Notes: generated by a model not told the origin, from the sequence alone. Numbered from the stretch's first letter, positions 21,493-31,735 are shown. The stretch: 64,000 bases of DNA from Terriglobia bacterium (GCA_963666975.2 CAXVYR010000003.1:352001-416000); one strand, 5' to 3'. Numbers and translations are program-made.

Positions 21493-23274
21493 ATGACAAG
21501 CCTTGGCAATAAAATTCTTTGGCAACCGTATACAGGATTTGTAGAGAAAGTATTGACCTTGCTCTTTTTTGTTTTTTTCGCGCCGAATGCCATGCTTGGT
21601 CAGCAGGAAGTTTCTCAGCCGAGATTCAAATGGATCGTAGAGAAAGACGTGAAGATTCCGATGCGGGATGGGGCCATCCTGAAGGCGGATGTGTTTCGTC
21701 CCGTATCCCCGGACAAATTTCCCATCATCATGGACATGACGGCGTACCAGAAGGACTTACTCTGGGTCCCACCGCCGGATCTGGAGGAGAAGCCCAACCA
21801 GTATATGACCTGGGAGACAGGAAACCCAGAATGGTGGTGTCCGCGGGGTTATATTCTTGTTCGGGTAGACAGCCGGGGAAGTGGAAAGTCACCGGGTTTT
21901 GCTGAGCCCTGGTCGAAGCAAGAGGTCCTTGATTTCTACGACGCTATTGAATGGGCGGGCGTCCAGCCGTGGAGCAATGGGAACGTTGGGCTGCTGGGGA
22001 TTTCCTACATGGCGATGAATCAATGGTGGGTCGCCAGCCTCCAACCACCCCACCTGAAGGCAATGATCCCATGGGAGGGGGCCGCAGACCTGTACCGTGA
22101 TGCCGCTTACCACGGGGGCATATTTAACAATTTCATGCAGACTTGGTATTTGGGTCTCATGTTCAATCACCTTCACGGCCCGGCCCAAGTCTACAATCCG
22201 GACGCCATGGCTCTAAACTGGATATGGGAAATCATGCGGAACCGCCTGGATACGGGCTTTTATGAAGGTGTGCAAGCGGAGTGGGACAAGATCGTGGTGC
22301 CGTTCTACAGCGTGGGTAATTGGAGCCACACGATGTTGCACTTGCGGGGGAACACGGAAGCCTTTGTCCGGGCAGCTTCAAGGAACAAGAAGTTGCGGAT
22401 TCACTCGGGCACCCATTTTCACCCCTTTTACTCAGAGGAAGGCAAGATGGACCAGCTGCGCTTCTTCGATCAGTGGCTGAAGGGAATCGACACAAGCATT
22501 ATGTCAGAACCACCCGTCAAAGTTTGCCTCCGCACCGACGCAGATTCGTGCGAATGGCGCTACAACAGTCGATGGCCATTTGACAACACCCGGTGGACCA
22601 AGTTCTATTTGGGTGCCCCAGACGCTGGCGCTAGCAAAGACGCTCAGGGCACGTTGAGCAAAGATGTCCCGACTACTGAAGGCGTGGCCACGTATGCGAG
22701 CCAGAGTGCATACCGTAGCGGTCCTGATCCGAAGGGGGTGACGTTCGTAACAGAACCTATGGCCGAGGACACGGAGGTGATTGGCCCAGTCAACCTAGTG
22801 ATGTTGGTGTCGTCCTCCACTGACGACATGTACATCTTTGCGACACTGAAAAATATCGATCCAAATGGCAAGGAAGTAATGTATCCCCCGATAACACCAA
22901 CCCGCAGTCGCTCACATGCAGCCGTAGGTTGGCTCAAGGTTTCCCATCGGAAATTGGACCCGAAACTTTCAACCCCCGATCGGCCCTACCACACGCACGA
23001 CGAAGAGCAAAAACTCATACCAGGGGAAGTAGTGAAGGTCGAGGTGGAAATCTGGCCGACGGGTACCGTGTCCAAGAAAGGGCATCGGATCCAGTTGGAC
23101 GTTCGACCTACTGGCGCTGGGTATCGAGTCCTCGTGCCCGAAAGTTTGAAGCAGGAGACCAATAGCATTTACACCCGCGGCGACCGCGCATCCTATCTAC
23201 TGCTGCCCGTTATCCCGTCAAAGGGGTCCTCGCCGACTACGAGTAGTAGCAAAACCCAGAGTATATCCCGCTGA
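21493..23274 (+). CDS. CocE/NonD family (S15) hydrolase, exported
   Basis: IPMRDG..L.ADVFRP, DSRGSGKSPG, WSNGNVGLLGISY, GWLKVSHR; RBS AGGAGG. Confidence 0.92.
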   Translation: MTSLGNKILWQPYTGFVEKVLTLLFFVFFAPNAMLGQQEVSQPRFKWIVEKDVKIPMRDGAILKADVFRPVSPDKFPIIMDMTAYQKDLLWVPPPDLEEKPNQYMTWETGNPEWWCPRGYILVRVDSRGSGKSPGFAEPWSKQEVLDFYDAIEWAGVQPWSNGNVGLLGISYMAMNQWWVASLQPPHLKAMIPWEGAADLYRDAAYHGGIFNNFMQTWYLGLMFNHLHGPAQVYNPDAMALNWIWEIMRNRLDTGFYEGVQAEWDKIVVPFYSVGNWSHTMLHLRGNTEAFVRAASRNKKLRIHSGTHFHPFYSEEGKMDQLRFFDQWLKGIDTSIMSEPPVKVCLRTDADSCEWRYNSRWPFDNTRWTKFYLGAPDAGASKDAQGTLSKDVPTTEGVATYASQSAYRSGPDPKGVTFVTEPMAEDTEVIGPVNLVMLVSSSTDDMYIFATLKNIDPNGKEVMYPPITPTRSRSHAAVGWLKVSHRKLDPKLSTPDRPYHTHDEEQKLIPGEVVKVEVEIWPTGTVSKKGHRIQLDVRPTGAGYRVLVPESLKQETNSIYTRGDRASYLLLPVIPSKGSSPTTSSSKTQSISR

Positions 23275-23330
23275 GTGATCGGTTTTTCTAACCAGAGGCA
23301 TCCCATCTAGCTACGATCCTGCCACCCGCC

Positions 23331-23402
23331 ATTACGCAGCGGGACCTAAAGCCGGAAAGACCATGCTGACCAAGGCGGGCACGAAGCTACTGGACTTTGG
23401 GT
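23331..23402 (+). pseudogene. Ser/Thr kinase catalytic-loop fragment
   Basis: ITQRDLKP../MLTKAGTKLLDFG with a frameshift, matching HRDLKPxN...KLLDFG. Confidence 0.7.
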
Positions 23403-23616
23403 GCTTCCGCAATCGACTGTTGGTGGGATCAGCATAACTCTAAAATGTTCAATATGTTGGTGGCAGAAATCGTCTTAGCAGTTCTGCAGTGTGGCAAATA
23501 TAGAATCAGCCACTCTGTTTGTTGGAGATAGGGATGCACTAACAACACTAGATTGCGGAAGCGCCGAAGCCCGGCCCCCTAATTTTCTACATAGACATTC
23601 TAAGTGATGCAAGCTT

Positions 23617-24171
23617 TTATTGGATCACACCGCAGGCGACGCGGGCACCTGCATCGCCCGAGGGCTGGCTTTGAACATCGTCTTCCCCAGCGTGGACCAC
23701 GACCGCCTTGCCGCGAATCGAGTTCGATCCTTCCAGGCTAAGAAATTCAAAATGCAAGTCCGCCATGACTTGACCCTCGGCATTGGCTTCCACGTTTCCC
23801 AGATCACCGATGTGGTGTTCGGCAGCATCCGGCGCGCCATGAGGTTTGTCATCGGGGTTAAAATGCCCCCCCGCGCTGCTTGCGTCAGGGGCACTGCAAT
23901 CACCTGTTGCGTGAATGTGGAACCCATGCCTGCCAGGAGTCAGTTCCGTTAAGTTGATTTCAACGTGGGTTTCTCCACTGACTTCCTCAAAATGTACCGT
24001 GCCTTCTACGGTATTGCCTTCGGTAGGTTGCAGGCTCGCCTCAGCGGTTCTCGCCATCGGTTGGGCCGGCGCTTCCGCTTGCTCGGCTGGCTGCTCTGTT
24101 GGCCCACATCCCATGAAGAAAACGATGGGCAACAATAAAAAGAACACCATCCAGCTTCTGTAGTTCAACAT
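23617..24171 (-). CDS. sodC: Cu/Zn superoxide dismutase lipoprotein
   Basis: HGFHIH..GDC, SAGGHFNP, HIGDLGN, VVVHAGEDD, SGDAGARVACG; FMGC lipobox. Confidence 0.95.
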   Translation of the reverse strand: MLNYRSWMVFFLLLPIVFFMGCGPTEQPAEQAEAPAQPMARTAEASLQPTEGNTVEGTVHFEEVSGETHVEINLTELTPGRHGFHIHATGDCSAPDASSAGGHFNPDDKPHGAPDAAEHHIGDLGNVEANAEGQVMADLHFEFLSLEGSNSIRGKAVVVHAGEDDVQSQPSGDAGARVACGVIQ

Positions 24172-24260
24172 CCTATCCTCCTCAACAAAGGTTTCGGGGC
24201 TCTACCCGGAATTTCCGATTTGAGCTTCCGCTTCGCCCAATAGCATACATCAGCCGCTCA

Positions 24261-24380
24261 TCAGTTCATACCTGAGGGTTCCCGACGCTTCAGTTTTTCA
24301 AACCAGTCGAGGACGACTGGGGCTGGGGGTCAGGGCACCTTCCCGCTCCAAGGGATGATTCATCAGTAATTGCTGGCTCT
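24261..24380 (-). pseudogene. C-terminal tail fragment of a kinase/PD40-repeat protein
   Basis: QQLLM../VVLDWFEKLKRR* resembles the VVLNWFEELKR ending of acidobacterial kinases. Confidence 0.5.
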
Positions 24381-24488
24381 TGAGTTCACTTTCTCTCCCA
24401 TTCGCGTGGACCGAAGCGAGACCCTAAAAGGCTTATCTTCTATGCACGGTTGACCGTTTTCTACGAGTGCCGCGTCTCGTCTGCGAAC

Positions 24489-25148
24489 CTACTTGGGCTG
24501 GGCGACGACGCGAAGATAGGGTTTAAGAGTCTTCCACCCGCCGGGATATTTTTGTTTCGCTTCTTCGTCCGATACCGCCGGCAGGATGATGACATCCCCG
24601 CCTTGCTTCCAATTCGCTGGCGTGGCAACTTTGTGCTTAGCCGTAAGCTGCATAGAATCTACAACCCGCAAGACTTCATCAAAGTTCCGGCCTGTGCTCA
24701 TGGGGTAGACGAGCATCAGCTTGATCTTCTTGTCCGGACCAATCACGAATACGTTGCGCACGGTGGCATTGTCCGCCGCCGTCCGGCCCTCGCACGACTC
24801 CCCGGCTTCGCCTGGCAGCATGCCATAAAGCTTGGCAACCTTGAGCTCCGGGTCGCCGATCATCGGGTAGGTCACCTTGTGGCCCTGCGTCTCTTCGATA
24901 TCCGCCGACCACTTACTATGACTGGTCACTGGGTCCACGCTCAACCCAATAACCTTGCAGTTTCGCTTCTGAAACTCGGGCTGCAGCCCCGCCATATAAC
25001 CGAGTTCAGTGGTGCACACGGGGGTAAAGTCCTTCGGGTGGGAAAACAGGATCGCCCAGCCGTCCCCGATCCATTCATGGAAGTTGATCTTCCCTTGTGT
25101 GGTCTCGGCAGTGAAATCGGGTGCTTCATTATTTATACGTAAGATCAT
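24489..25148 (-). CDS. 1-Cys peroxiredoxin (Prx6 family)
   Basis: LFSHPKDFTPVCTTELG, YPMSTGRNFDEVLR, VATPANW; GGAG RBS before MILRIN. Confidence 0.95.
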   Translation of the reverse strand: MILRINNEAPDFTAETTQGKINFHEWIGDGWAILFSHPKDFTPVCTTELGYMAGLQPEFQKRNCKVIGLSVDPVTSHSKWSADIEETQGHKVTYPMIGDPELKVAKLYGMLPGEAGESCEGRTAADNATVRNVFVIGPDKKIKLMLVYPMSTGRNFDEVLRVVDSMQLTAKHKVATPANWKQGGDVIILPAVSDEEAKQKYPGGWKTLKPYLRVVAQPK

Positions 25149-25693
25149 GGTTCTCCTCCAAGCGGTCTTCCTCGCTGCTATTTTAGTTCTAAATTCTCCA
25201 GTCGGGAAATTGTACATCATGTCCCGCTCTTCTCGTCAACCTCTTACCGTGCTTAATGCTGCGACCGGCTGCAGGCTCCCTTTCCACGGTCGAGCCCCGT
25301 TTCTACCGGAATTAGTTTTTTGACCCTCCGGCGGTTGCGAGTATGCACCCGTTTGCCTCTTGTAGAGCCCTCCAGGCACGGGGTTTTCTCCCAGAGGGTC
25401 CCACTGGCATTGTCAAGTTAAGGCAGAGTCAGGTAGCATTGACAGATGGAATCACTTTCCCGAGAGCATCGCTTTCCACTTGAAATCATCAGTCAGGAAT
25501 CTCGGCTTGGTTCCGTTAACTTGACAGTGCCCTGTTTTCGGCGATGAAAGTGGGGTGCCGCTGTCAAACTTCGGGGTTATTTCGTAGACAGCAACCACCT
25601 CGCGTCAAATACAGTTCGCCCTCAAACTTCTGTTCTGATACCTGGGGGCGGCAGTCATTGATCCGGAAGAATCACCTGAGCGGGAGGTCTCAA

Positions 25694-27484
25694 ATGAAGC
25701 CAAGAAGCAACCGATTCCTGGGAAGAAAAGCCTCAGTCAGCGCAGCGTTCGTTGTGTGGCTCCTTGCCTTGGTTGGGAATCTGCCTTGTTTGGCGCAAGC
25801 GGTCAAGGTCATTGAGGGTGGCACATTAATCGATGGCACCGGAGGCGCGCCGATCCCCAGCGCAGTCCTTGTTATCGAAGAGAATAGAATCACGACTATT
25901 GCCCAGAGGGGGGCGTTGCAATATCCTCCCGGGGCACAGGTGATTGACGCGACCGGCAAGTATATTCTCCCCGGCTTGATCGAGATGCACATTCATTATC
26001 ACGCCTGGGTCGTCGAACCTCTGCTTCATTACGGGATTACTACTGCGTATGATTTTGGGAATTTGGAGGAATGGATACTCGCATACAAAGATGGGACGGA
26101 AAAGGGAAGGATCTATGGTCCGCGCATTTTTGCGGTGGGACCGATGTTGAATGGGATTCCGAACGAAGGCCCCGGGTCGATTGAGGGATCTCTGCATGGA
26201 TTTGAAGATCCGGAACTTGTGCGAGAAGAGATACGACGCTTAGCGGCAAGGGGGGTCGATGGAATCAAGTTTTACAACACGGTGAGCCTAGAAGTTCTCC
26301 GAGCTGCCACGGATGAAGCCCACAATCACGGACTGCGGGTGGGAATTCACAAAGTGCCATCGGATGCCAACGAACTGGCCGATGCTGGAGTGGATGCGCT
26401 GGTGCACGGAACCGGCATCGGGTTGGCGACTATTAAGGATCCCGCCAAGAGGAAACGGTACCGGGAGGAAACCTTCCCTCCGTTGCCAGATGGCACGTTC
26501 CCACACTACCTCTGGGCTGGGGACCCTTCCAATGAGCCCCACTATCTGATGGAGGAAGAGAACTTCGACGAGACCATTAAGCATTTAACCTCAAAAAGTG
26601 TCTTCATAAACCCCACGATGGTTTTTGGTTGGAATTGTGCCCATGGACGTTGGGCCGAATTTGAGCGTGACATTTTGGAGTTCGTCCGCGATCCCAATCT
26701 CGTCTATATTCCCCGCGAAAATATGGACCGCTGGTTAGATCATGGTTCAGCCGCCTGTGATCAGATGACCGGCGAGGAAAAGCGACTGATGAGGGAGGGC
26801 TATGAGAAGTATCTGCGTTTTCTTCGGAAGTTTGTCCAGGCGGGAGGGAAGATCATCAACGGTTCGGATCCAGTGCACTCAGGAGTCCCCGGTTTAGGAC
26901 TTCATCAGGAAATGGAGTTATTGATTGATGCCGGGCTCACTCCGATGCAGGTGATCTCAGCGACCACCAAGAATAACGCGGAATACATGAAGAAAGATCA
27001 CTTGATTGGAACGCTCGAGGCGGGCAAGCTTGCCGACATCCTAATTGTCGATGCGGATCCGTTGCAAGACATCCGAAATTTAAGGAAAGTCCATCTTCTG
27101 ATGAAAGACGGGGAAATCATGGATACCGCCTATCATGCATATTATAGAAACCCTTTCCCGAGGCCTGAAAACAACATTGTGCTTTTTCAAGAAGTTCCGA
27201 TAATTACACCGACTCTTTCGAGCATCTTGCCAACGACTGTGGTGGAAGGTTCCAAGGGAGTTACGATCACTATCAAGGGCAAATACTTTCTGAGGACAAC
27301 AATAGCTCGCGCAAATGGGGTGAACTTGCCTACAGAATTCGTTAATGTCACAGAATTGCGGGCGAAAATACCGGATGCGATGACAGCAAATCCAGGAGTT
27401 TACTCTATCCTGGTGTTGACACCATCCCAAGGCTCCTCTGATCCTGACTTAAATAATACTCTTTTGCTCGTCACATATAAGTAG
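25694..27484 (+). CDS. Exported amidohydrolase with C-terminal IPT/TIG-like domain
   Basis: LIDGTG, ILPGLIEMHIH, GSD, GTLEAGKLAD; C-terminal PTLSSILP..ITIKG..F. Confidence 0.88.
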   Translation: MKPRSNRFLGRKASVSAAFVVWLLALVGNLPCLAQAVKVIEGGTLIDGTGGAPIPSAVLVIEENRITTIAQRGALQYPPGAQVIDATGKYILPGLIEMHIHYHAWVVEPLLHYGITTAYDFGNLEEWILAYKDGTEKGRIYGPRIFAVGPMLNGIPNEGPGSIEGSLHGFEDPELVREEIRRLAARGVDGIKFYNTVSLEVLRAATDEAHNHGLRVGIHKVPSDANELADAGVDALVHGTGIGLATIKDPAKRKRYREETFPPLPDGTFPHYLWAGDPSNEPHYLMEEENFDETIKHLTSKSVFINPTMVFGWNCAHGRWAEFERDILEFVRDPNLVYIPRENMDRWLDHGSAACDQMTGEEKRLMREGYEKYLRFLRKFVQAGGKIINGSDPVHSGVPGLGLHQEMELLIDAGLTPMQVISATTKNNAEYMKKDHLIGTLEAGKLADILIVDADPLQDIRNLRKVHLLMKDGEIMDTAYHAYYRNPFPRPENNIVLFQEVPIITPTLSSILPTTVVEGSKGVTITIKGKYFLRTTIARANGVNLPTEFVNVTELRAKIPDAMTANPGVYSILVLTPSQGSSDPDLNNTLLLVTYK

Positions 27485-27589
27485 GTCGCTGGTTCGTTAC
27501 TCGGCTTTTATATCTTTCCTCCAGGCGAGTCAAATGGCGTAAAATCGGCTTGCCGAACTGCATTTTTATATACTAAGGAGAAAACGTCG

Positions 27590-27730
27590 ATGAAATGGGT
27601 CGGGATTGTGTTCTTGATTCTGCTATTTTCCTATTGCTCTGGTCCAAGAAGTGAACGGCAAGGGCAAATAAACCCAAGCGCCTCCTTGGTTATTCAAATG
27701 GAAACGCTCTCGAAAGGAAATTTGCTATGA
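27590..27730 (+). CDS. 46-aa putative lipoprotein (below ORF-track cutoff)
   Basis: TAAGGAG RBS; MKWVGIVFLILLFSYCSG...; ATGA overlap with the next gene. Confidence 0.45.
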   Translation: MKWVGIVFLILLFSYCSGPRSERQGQINPSASLVIQMETLSKGNLL

Positions 27731-29115
27731 CCTTCTCAAGAAACAGTGCCTGGACAAGTGCCTTTATTCTGGTTTTGATTTTTCCCACTGCGCTAGGAGC
27801 CCAGCAAAGGCCGGAAGTTCCCCGCTCTCCGGAAATCAGAAAGGTCACCTCTGTGGATGAGCTGATGCCCTATGCTCGTTATTACGTGACCACACAGTAC
27901 CGGGGGATGGTAAGCCTCATGAAGCCCAGTCTGGGAGCGAAAGCGGGAGACAAGATTCTGCTCATCACGGAAATTACCACCGACCCGCTGGTGATCGCGG
28001 CCATTCGGAATGCGGCGCTGGAGGTGGGCGCTGAATTCAACGTCATCGAGCTGCACGGATATCCCGAGATCACCGACCCGGTGGAAACCGAAGTCACCTA
28101 CGTCAACCAGCGCGTCGATCAGATGTGGCCGGACTGGATTTGGCAGGCTATAGAGCAGGTGAACATCGTGGCGGTGGGCTACGGGCTGGAGGTCCACACC
28201 ACCACTGCGGAAATTCGAAAGTGGTTTGCCGACCGGGATATCCGGATGATCCGGTTTCCGTATTACACCCCGGAAATGATGTTGCTGTCGGGAGTGAATT
28301 ATCCCGACGAGTTGTTTGAAGCCATCAGCAGAAAAGTATGGAGTCAGGTTTACGGCGCCCGGGTGATCCGGGTGACCGATCCTCTGGGGACGGATATTAC
28401 GATTCGGCTGGATCCGGGCTACTGGGACCGGAAGAAAAATGCTTATAAAAACTTCTTAACTGACGAGGCCGGTGTCATCTGGCCCGGACACATCATGATC
28501 GTGCCGTTCTTCTCCCGAGAAAAGGCTTCCGGGAAACTGGTCAGCGACACGCTGCATGGCGGGCACATTCCAGAGACCTCGGTCCTCATCCGCGACAGCC
28601 GCTATGCCGAGGTATCCGGGGAGGGCAGCTTTGCCGAATATCTTCGGGACGTGCAGCACCAGTATAAGGATGTGACCTTGCCGGGGGCGCCCGGTCCAGG
28701 CGCCGATTTCTTTATGGAAATTTCCATCGGGACGCAGCCCAAGGCCAGCCGGGCGCCGGTGGAGGATCTGGCCGGCGCGCCGCGCTTTTTCGGCTTCGCG
28801 GAAGGCAGAAAGCGGGCCGGCGTCGTCCACGTTTCTTTTGGCACTCCCACCGCGCAGTTCGTCGAAGAGCAATCGCTCAGCAATGACTTGTTGGATTTCC
28901 TGAAGGAGAAGGATTTGATTGTTCAGCATATGGACGCCGAGCTGTACCATGCCACCTATACAGCCGACGGAAGAAAGATCGTTGAGGATGGGCGCTTGCT
29001 GGTGTTGGACGATCCGGAGATCCGCCAGATCGCTTCCAAGTACGGGGACCCGGACGAGCTGTTGAAGCTAGACTGGATCCCGCCGGTCCGGGCGAATGTC
29101 GCAACCCCTCACTAG
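27727..29115 (+). CDS. Exported protein, distant M29 aminopeptidase/NicX-like metalloenzyme
   Basis: GDKILLI N-domain, IRVTDPLGTDI, EISIG, GVVHVSFG, QHMD motifs; signal peptide. Confidence 0.6.
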   Translation: MTFSRNSAWTSAFILVLIFPTALGAQQRPEVPRSPEIRKVTSVDELMPYARYYVTTQYRGMVSLMKPSLGAKAGDKILLITEITTDPLVIAAIRNAALEVGAEFNVIELHGYPEITDPVETEVTYVNQRVDQMWPDWIWQAIEQVNIVAVGYGLEVHTTTAEIRKWFADRDIRMIRFPYYTPEMMLLSGVNYPDELFEAISRKVWSQVYGARVIRVTDPLGTDITIRLDPGYWDRKKNAYKNFLTDEAGVIWPGHIMIVPFFSREKASGKLVSDTLHGGHIPETSVLIRDSRYAEVSGEGSFAEYLRDVQHQYKDVTLPGAPGPGADFFMEISIGTQPKASRAPVEDLAGAPRFFGFAEGRKRAGVVHVSFGTPTAQFVEEQSLSNDLLDFLKEKDLIVQHMDAELYHATYTADGRKIVEDGRLLVLDDPEIRQIASKYGDPDELLKLDWIPPVRANVATPH

Positions 29116-29175
29116 ACCATTTTTATAGATAGTGTATCGCCAGACATCACTAGACACTATCTATAAAAATGGTCT
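29114..29175. repeat. Perfect 22-bp inverted repeat with 18-nt spacer (miniature element or terminator)
   Basis: AGACCATTTTTATAGATAGTGT ... ACACTATCTATAAAAATGGTCT. Confidence 0.85.
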
Positions 29176-29214
29176 GGTACCAAAGATCGGTCTGGTCACA
29201 AAAGCCATCGAAAG

Positions 29215-29254
29215 GATTAAGAGTCGCCTGCTCTGCCAGTTGAGCTACGTGCCC
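29215..29254 (-). pseudogene. 5' half of tRNA-Lys(CTT)
   Basis: GGGCACGTAGCTCAACTGGCAGAGCAGGCGACTCTTAATC, then no T-arm or acceptor 3' strand. Confidence 0.8.
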
Positions 29255-29263
29255 TTCGGTGCG

Positions 29264-30712
29264 GAGGGTGTCCCATACATAGTTGAAGGTTGAACGGCGG
29301 TTCGGCCCGAATCGAATAGAATCGGGCCAAGCCTAAATCCTATAGAAGGAGAACCGCCGAATGAAGGGAAAATATCACGTTTTGGAACTGGGTTCCAAGG
29401 GAGCCGAAGAAACCATCCAGAAGTTTTGCCAAACCAACGGACAGATGCTGTTGCCGGTGGTGGATCTGATCACGGAGGCGCGTCTGGCGTTGGATGAGGT
29501 GATTGATCGGGCCGGGCGAGGTTTGATTGAAACGATTCTGAGCATGAGCGCAGAGCAAATCGCGGGGCCAAAGAGTCCCGGGAAGGCGAGCGGAGAGGTG
29601 CGCTGGCATGGCCGGCAATTGGGGAGGGTGAAACTGGCCGATCGCCAGCTGCGGGTGGAGCGGCCCCGGCTGCGCCGGAAGGGCGGAGGGGAAGAAGCGG
29701 TGCCGGCCTACGAAGCACTGCGGAAAAGCGAGAAGACGGGCGAGGAGATGTTCGAGGCACTGTTGAAAGGGGTTTCGACGCGGAACTACCGCGAGGTGAT
29801 CCCGGAGATGGCCAACAGCGCTGGGGTGTCGAAGTCTCAGGTGAGCCGGGAAGCGGCCGAGCAAGGAGCGCGGCGGCTGGAAGAACTGTTGGCGCGGCGC
29901 TGGGAGGAGGTCGAGATTCTGGTGATTTACCTGGACGGAATGCGGTTCGGCTCCCACCACGTCATCAGCGCCGTGGGCGTGGACATCGAGGGCCGCAAGC
30001 ATGTGCTGGGGATTCAACTGGGCGCGACCGAAAACGCCGCTGCGGTGAAAGACCTTCTCACCCGCCTGCGCCAGCAAGGTTTGCGCACGGATCAGCGCTA
30101 TCTGTTTGTGATCGACGGCGCCAAAGCGCTCCGCGCGGGGATCGAGGAAGTATTCGGCAGCAATCAGCTGGTGCAGCGTTGCCGTACTCATAAGCTGCGC
30201 AACGTGGCTGAGCGGTTACCAAAGGGCGACAAAATGCTGGCGAATCAGGTGCGGTCGCTGATGCGCGCCGCCTGGCGATTGCCCCAAGCCGAGGAAGGCA
30301 TCGTGCGCATAAAAAAGCTCGCTGGGATGATCGAGTGCGATCATCCGGCAGCAGCCGCCAGCTTGCGCGAAGGGTTGGAGGAGACCTTTACGATCAATCG
30401 AGCCGACGTTCCTCCCAGCCTCCACCGCTGCCTGGCAACCACGAACCTCATCGAGAGCCCGCAGTCGGGCGTGCGGAAAAAGACTGGCAATGTTTGCCGC
30501 TGGCGCGACGGCGAGATGACGTTGCGCTGGGTGGCAGGAGCGTTTCTGCTGACCGAGAAGAATTTCCGGAAGATCATGGGTTATCACGATCTCTGGGCTT
30601 TGGCATCGATTCTCGGCCGAAGTCCAAACGCTGCTTCCTCTCACAAGGAGGAAGTGGCGTAATATGAACTCAACCCGCCGTCCCAACCTGCAACTGAGTT
30701 TGGGACACCTTC
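29264..30712 (+). mobile_element. IS256-family element, intact, with 8-bp target duplication TCGGTGCG
   Basis: IRs GAGGGTGTCCCA / TGGGACACCTTC; TCGGTGCG at 29256-29263 and 30713-30720. Confidence 0.95.
29361..30662 (+). CDS. IS256-family transposase
   Basis: GVSTR, YLDG, FVIDGAKAL, QRCRTHKLRN, TTNLIES. Confidence 0.95.
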   Translation: MKGKYHVLELGSKGAEETIQKFCQTNGQMLLPVVDLITEARLALDEVIDRAGRGLIETILSMSAEQIAGPKSPGKASGEVRWHGRQLGRVKLADRQLRVERPRLRRKGGGEEAVPAYEALRKSEKTGEEMFEALLKGVSTRNYREVIPEMANSAGVSKSQVSREAAEQGARRLEELLARRWEEVEILVIYLDGMRFGSHHVISAVGVDIEGRKHVLGIQLGATENAAAVKDLLTRLRQQGLRTDQRYLFVIDGAKALRAGIEEVFGSNQLVQRCRTHKLRNVAERLPKGDKMLANQVRSLMRAAWRLPQAEEGIVRIKKLAGMIECDHPAAAASLREGLEETFTINRADVPPSLHRCLATTNLIESPQSGVRKKTGNVCRWRDGEMTLRWVAGAFLLTEKNFRKIMGYHDLWALASILGRSPNAASSHKEEVA

Positions 30713-30822
30713 TCGGTGCGCTTCCATATCTTACAGCAAAAACGGGTTGCAGCGCACGCTCCGGCTGATCAGCAAGCGGACCCATACGCCAGTTTTTCAA
30801 TAACCTCTTAGGTGGTGAAGCC

Positions 30823-31275
30823 TTGGCCAATGTTCGTTTCTTGATCCGGGTATTTTCTCTGGCCCACCGAGTTTTATACCGGGCCTCGGGCGGTTTCGTT
30901 GGCGGCTTTGGGGCAAAGGTATTGCTCCTTACCACAGCGGGGAGAAAGAGTGGCAAATCCCGCACGATACCCTTGCTCTACCGCGCCAATGATTCCGGTT
31001 GGGCAGTTGTAGCCTCGAATGGCGGAGATGTCCGCCACCCTGCTTGGTGGCTTAATCTGAAGGCAAACCCTGTTGCCACAATCCAGGTCAGACGGGCCCT
31101 GCAGCGGGTGCGTGCCAGGGAGGCTTCTGAGAGCGAGAAGCGCGATCTATGGCCTCGATTCGTAAAAATGCATTCTGGCTACCAAACCTATCAGCAAAGG
31201 ACTAAACGGAAGATCCCGGTCGTGATTCTCGAACCAGAGACGAATGGCGGAGTTTCTTCACACGCAGAACTTTGA
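30823..31275 (+). CDS. Deazaflavin (F420)-dependent nitroreductase family protein
   Basis: LLLTTAGRKSGKSRTIPL, VASNGG..HPAWWLNLKANP, YQQRTKRKIPVVIL. Confidence 0.9.
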   Translation: MANVRFLIRVFSLAHRVLYRASGGFVGGFGAKVLLLTTAGRKSGKSRTIPLLYRANDSGWAVVASNGGDVRHPAWWLNLKANPVATIQVRRALQRVRAREASESEKRDLWPRFVKMHSGYQTYQQRTKRKIPVVILEPETNGGVSSHAEL

Positions 31276-31440
31276 TTTGCAGAACGTTGAGTGGTTGAGC
31301 ATCTGGTGACCTCTTGATGCTGCAAGCCCGAGAGGCCGCCCTCGCGCTGTGATAACCCTCTGGAGAACGCCTGCCCTGCGGTATTTCGTGGCGACAGGGG
31401 GCCTTTGAATAGTAAGGTCTGTAAAGCAAGGTTTGTAATG

Positions 31441-31506
31441 AGACATTAGTCCTATTAAAAAAGGTACTTTCCCACCATTGCCCCTATTAGACCCAGGCCT
31501 CACAGT
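31441..31506 (+). promoter_or_regulatory. Putative operator plus sigma70-like promoter, conserved with 43811-43876
   Basis: AGACATTAGTCC box, then TTGCCC-17bp-CACAGT, with spacing identical to the paralogous locus. Confidence 0.55.
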
Positions 31507-31561
31507 TCTAATTGTTAGGTGAGATGGAATCTCAAATTTTAGAACAAAAAGGCGTGAACCC

Positions 31562-31735
31562 ATGACAAAGCTTCAACCCCTCGAGAGCCAGGCGAATAAC
31601 CAAAAAACTTCTTACATAATGCTGTTTTGTGCGCTGCTGCTGGTGAGGAATTCCAAGGCCACGCTGGAGCAATCGGTTCGAGTTGCTCCCCTTGCCGGGA
31701 ACGCCAAATGTTTAGCGGAAGAGCTTTTGGCCTAA
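31562..31735 (+). CDS. 57-aa unknown protein, paralog of 43948-44166
   Basis: SYIMLFCALLLVRNSKATLEQSVRVAPLAGNAKCLAEEL aligns ungapped to the other copy, with many synonymous changes. Confidence 0.7.
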   Translation: MTKLQPLESQANNQKTSYIMLFCALLLVRNSKATLEQSVRVAPLAGNAKCLAEELLA

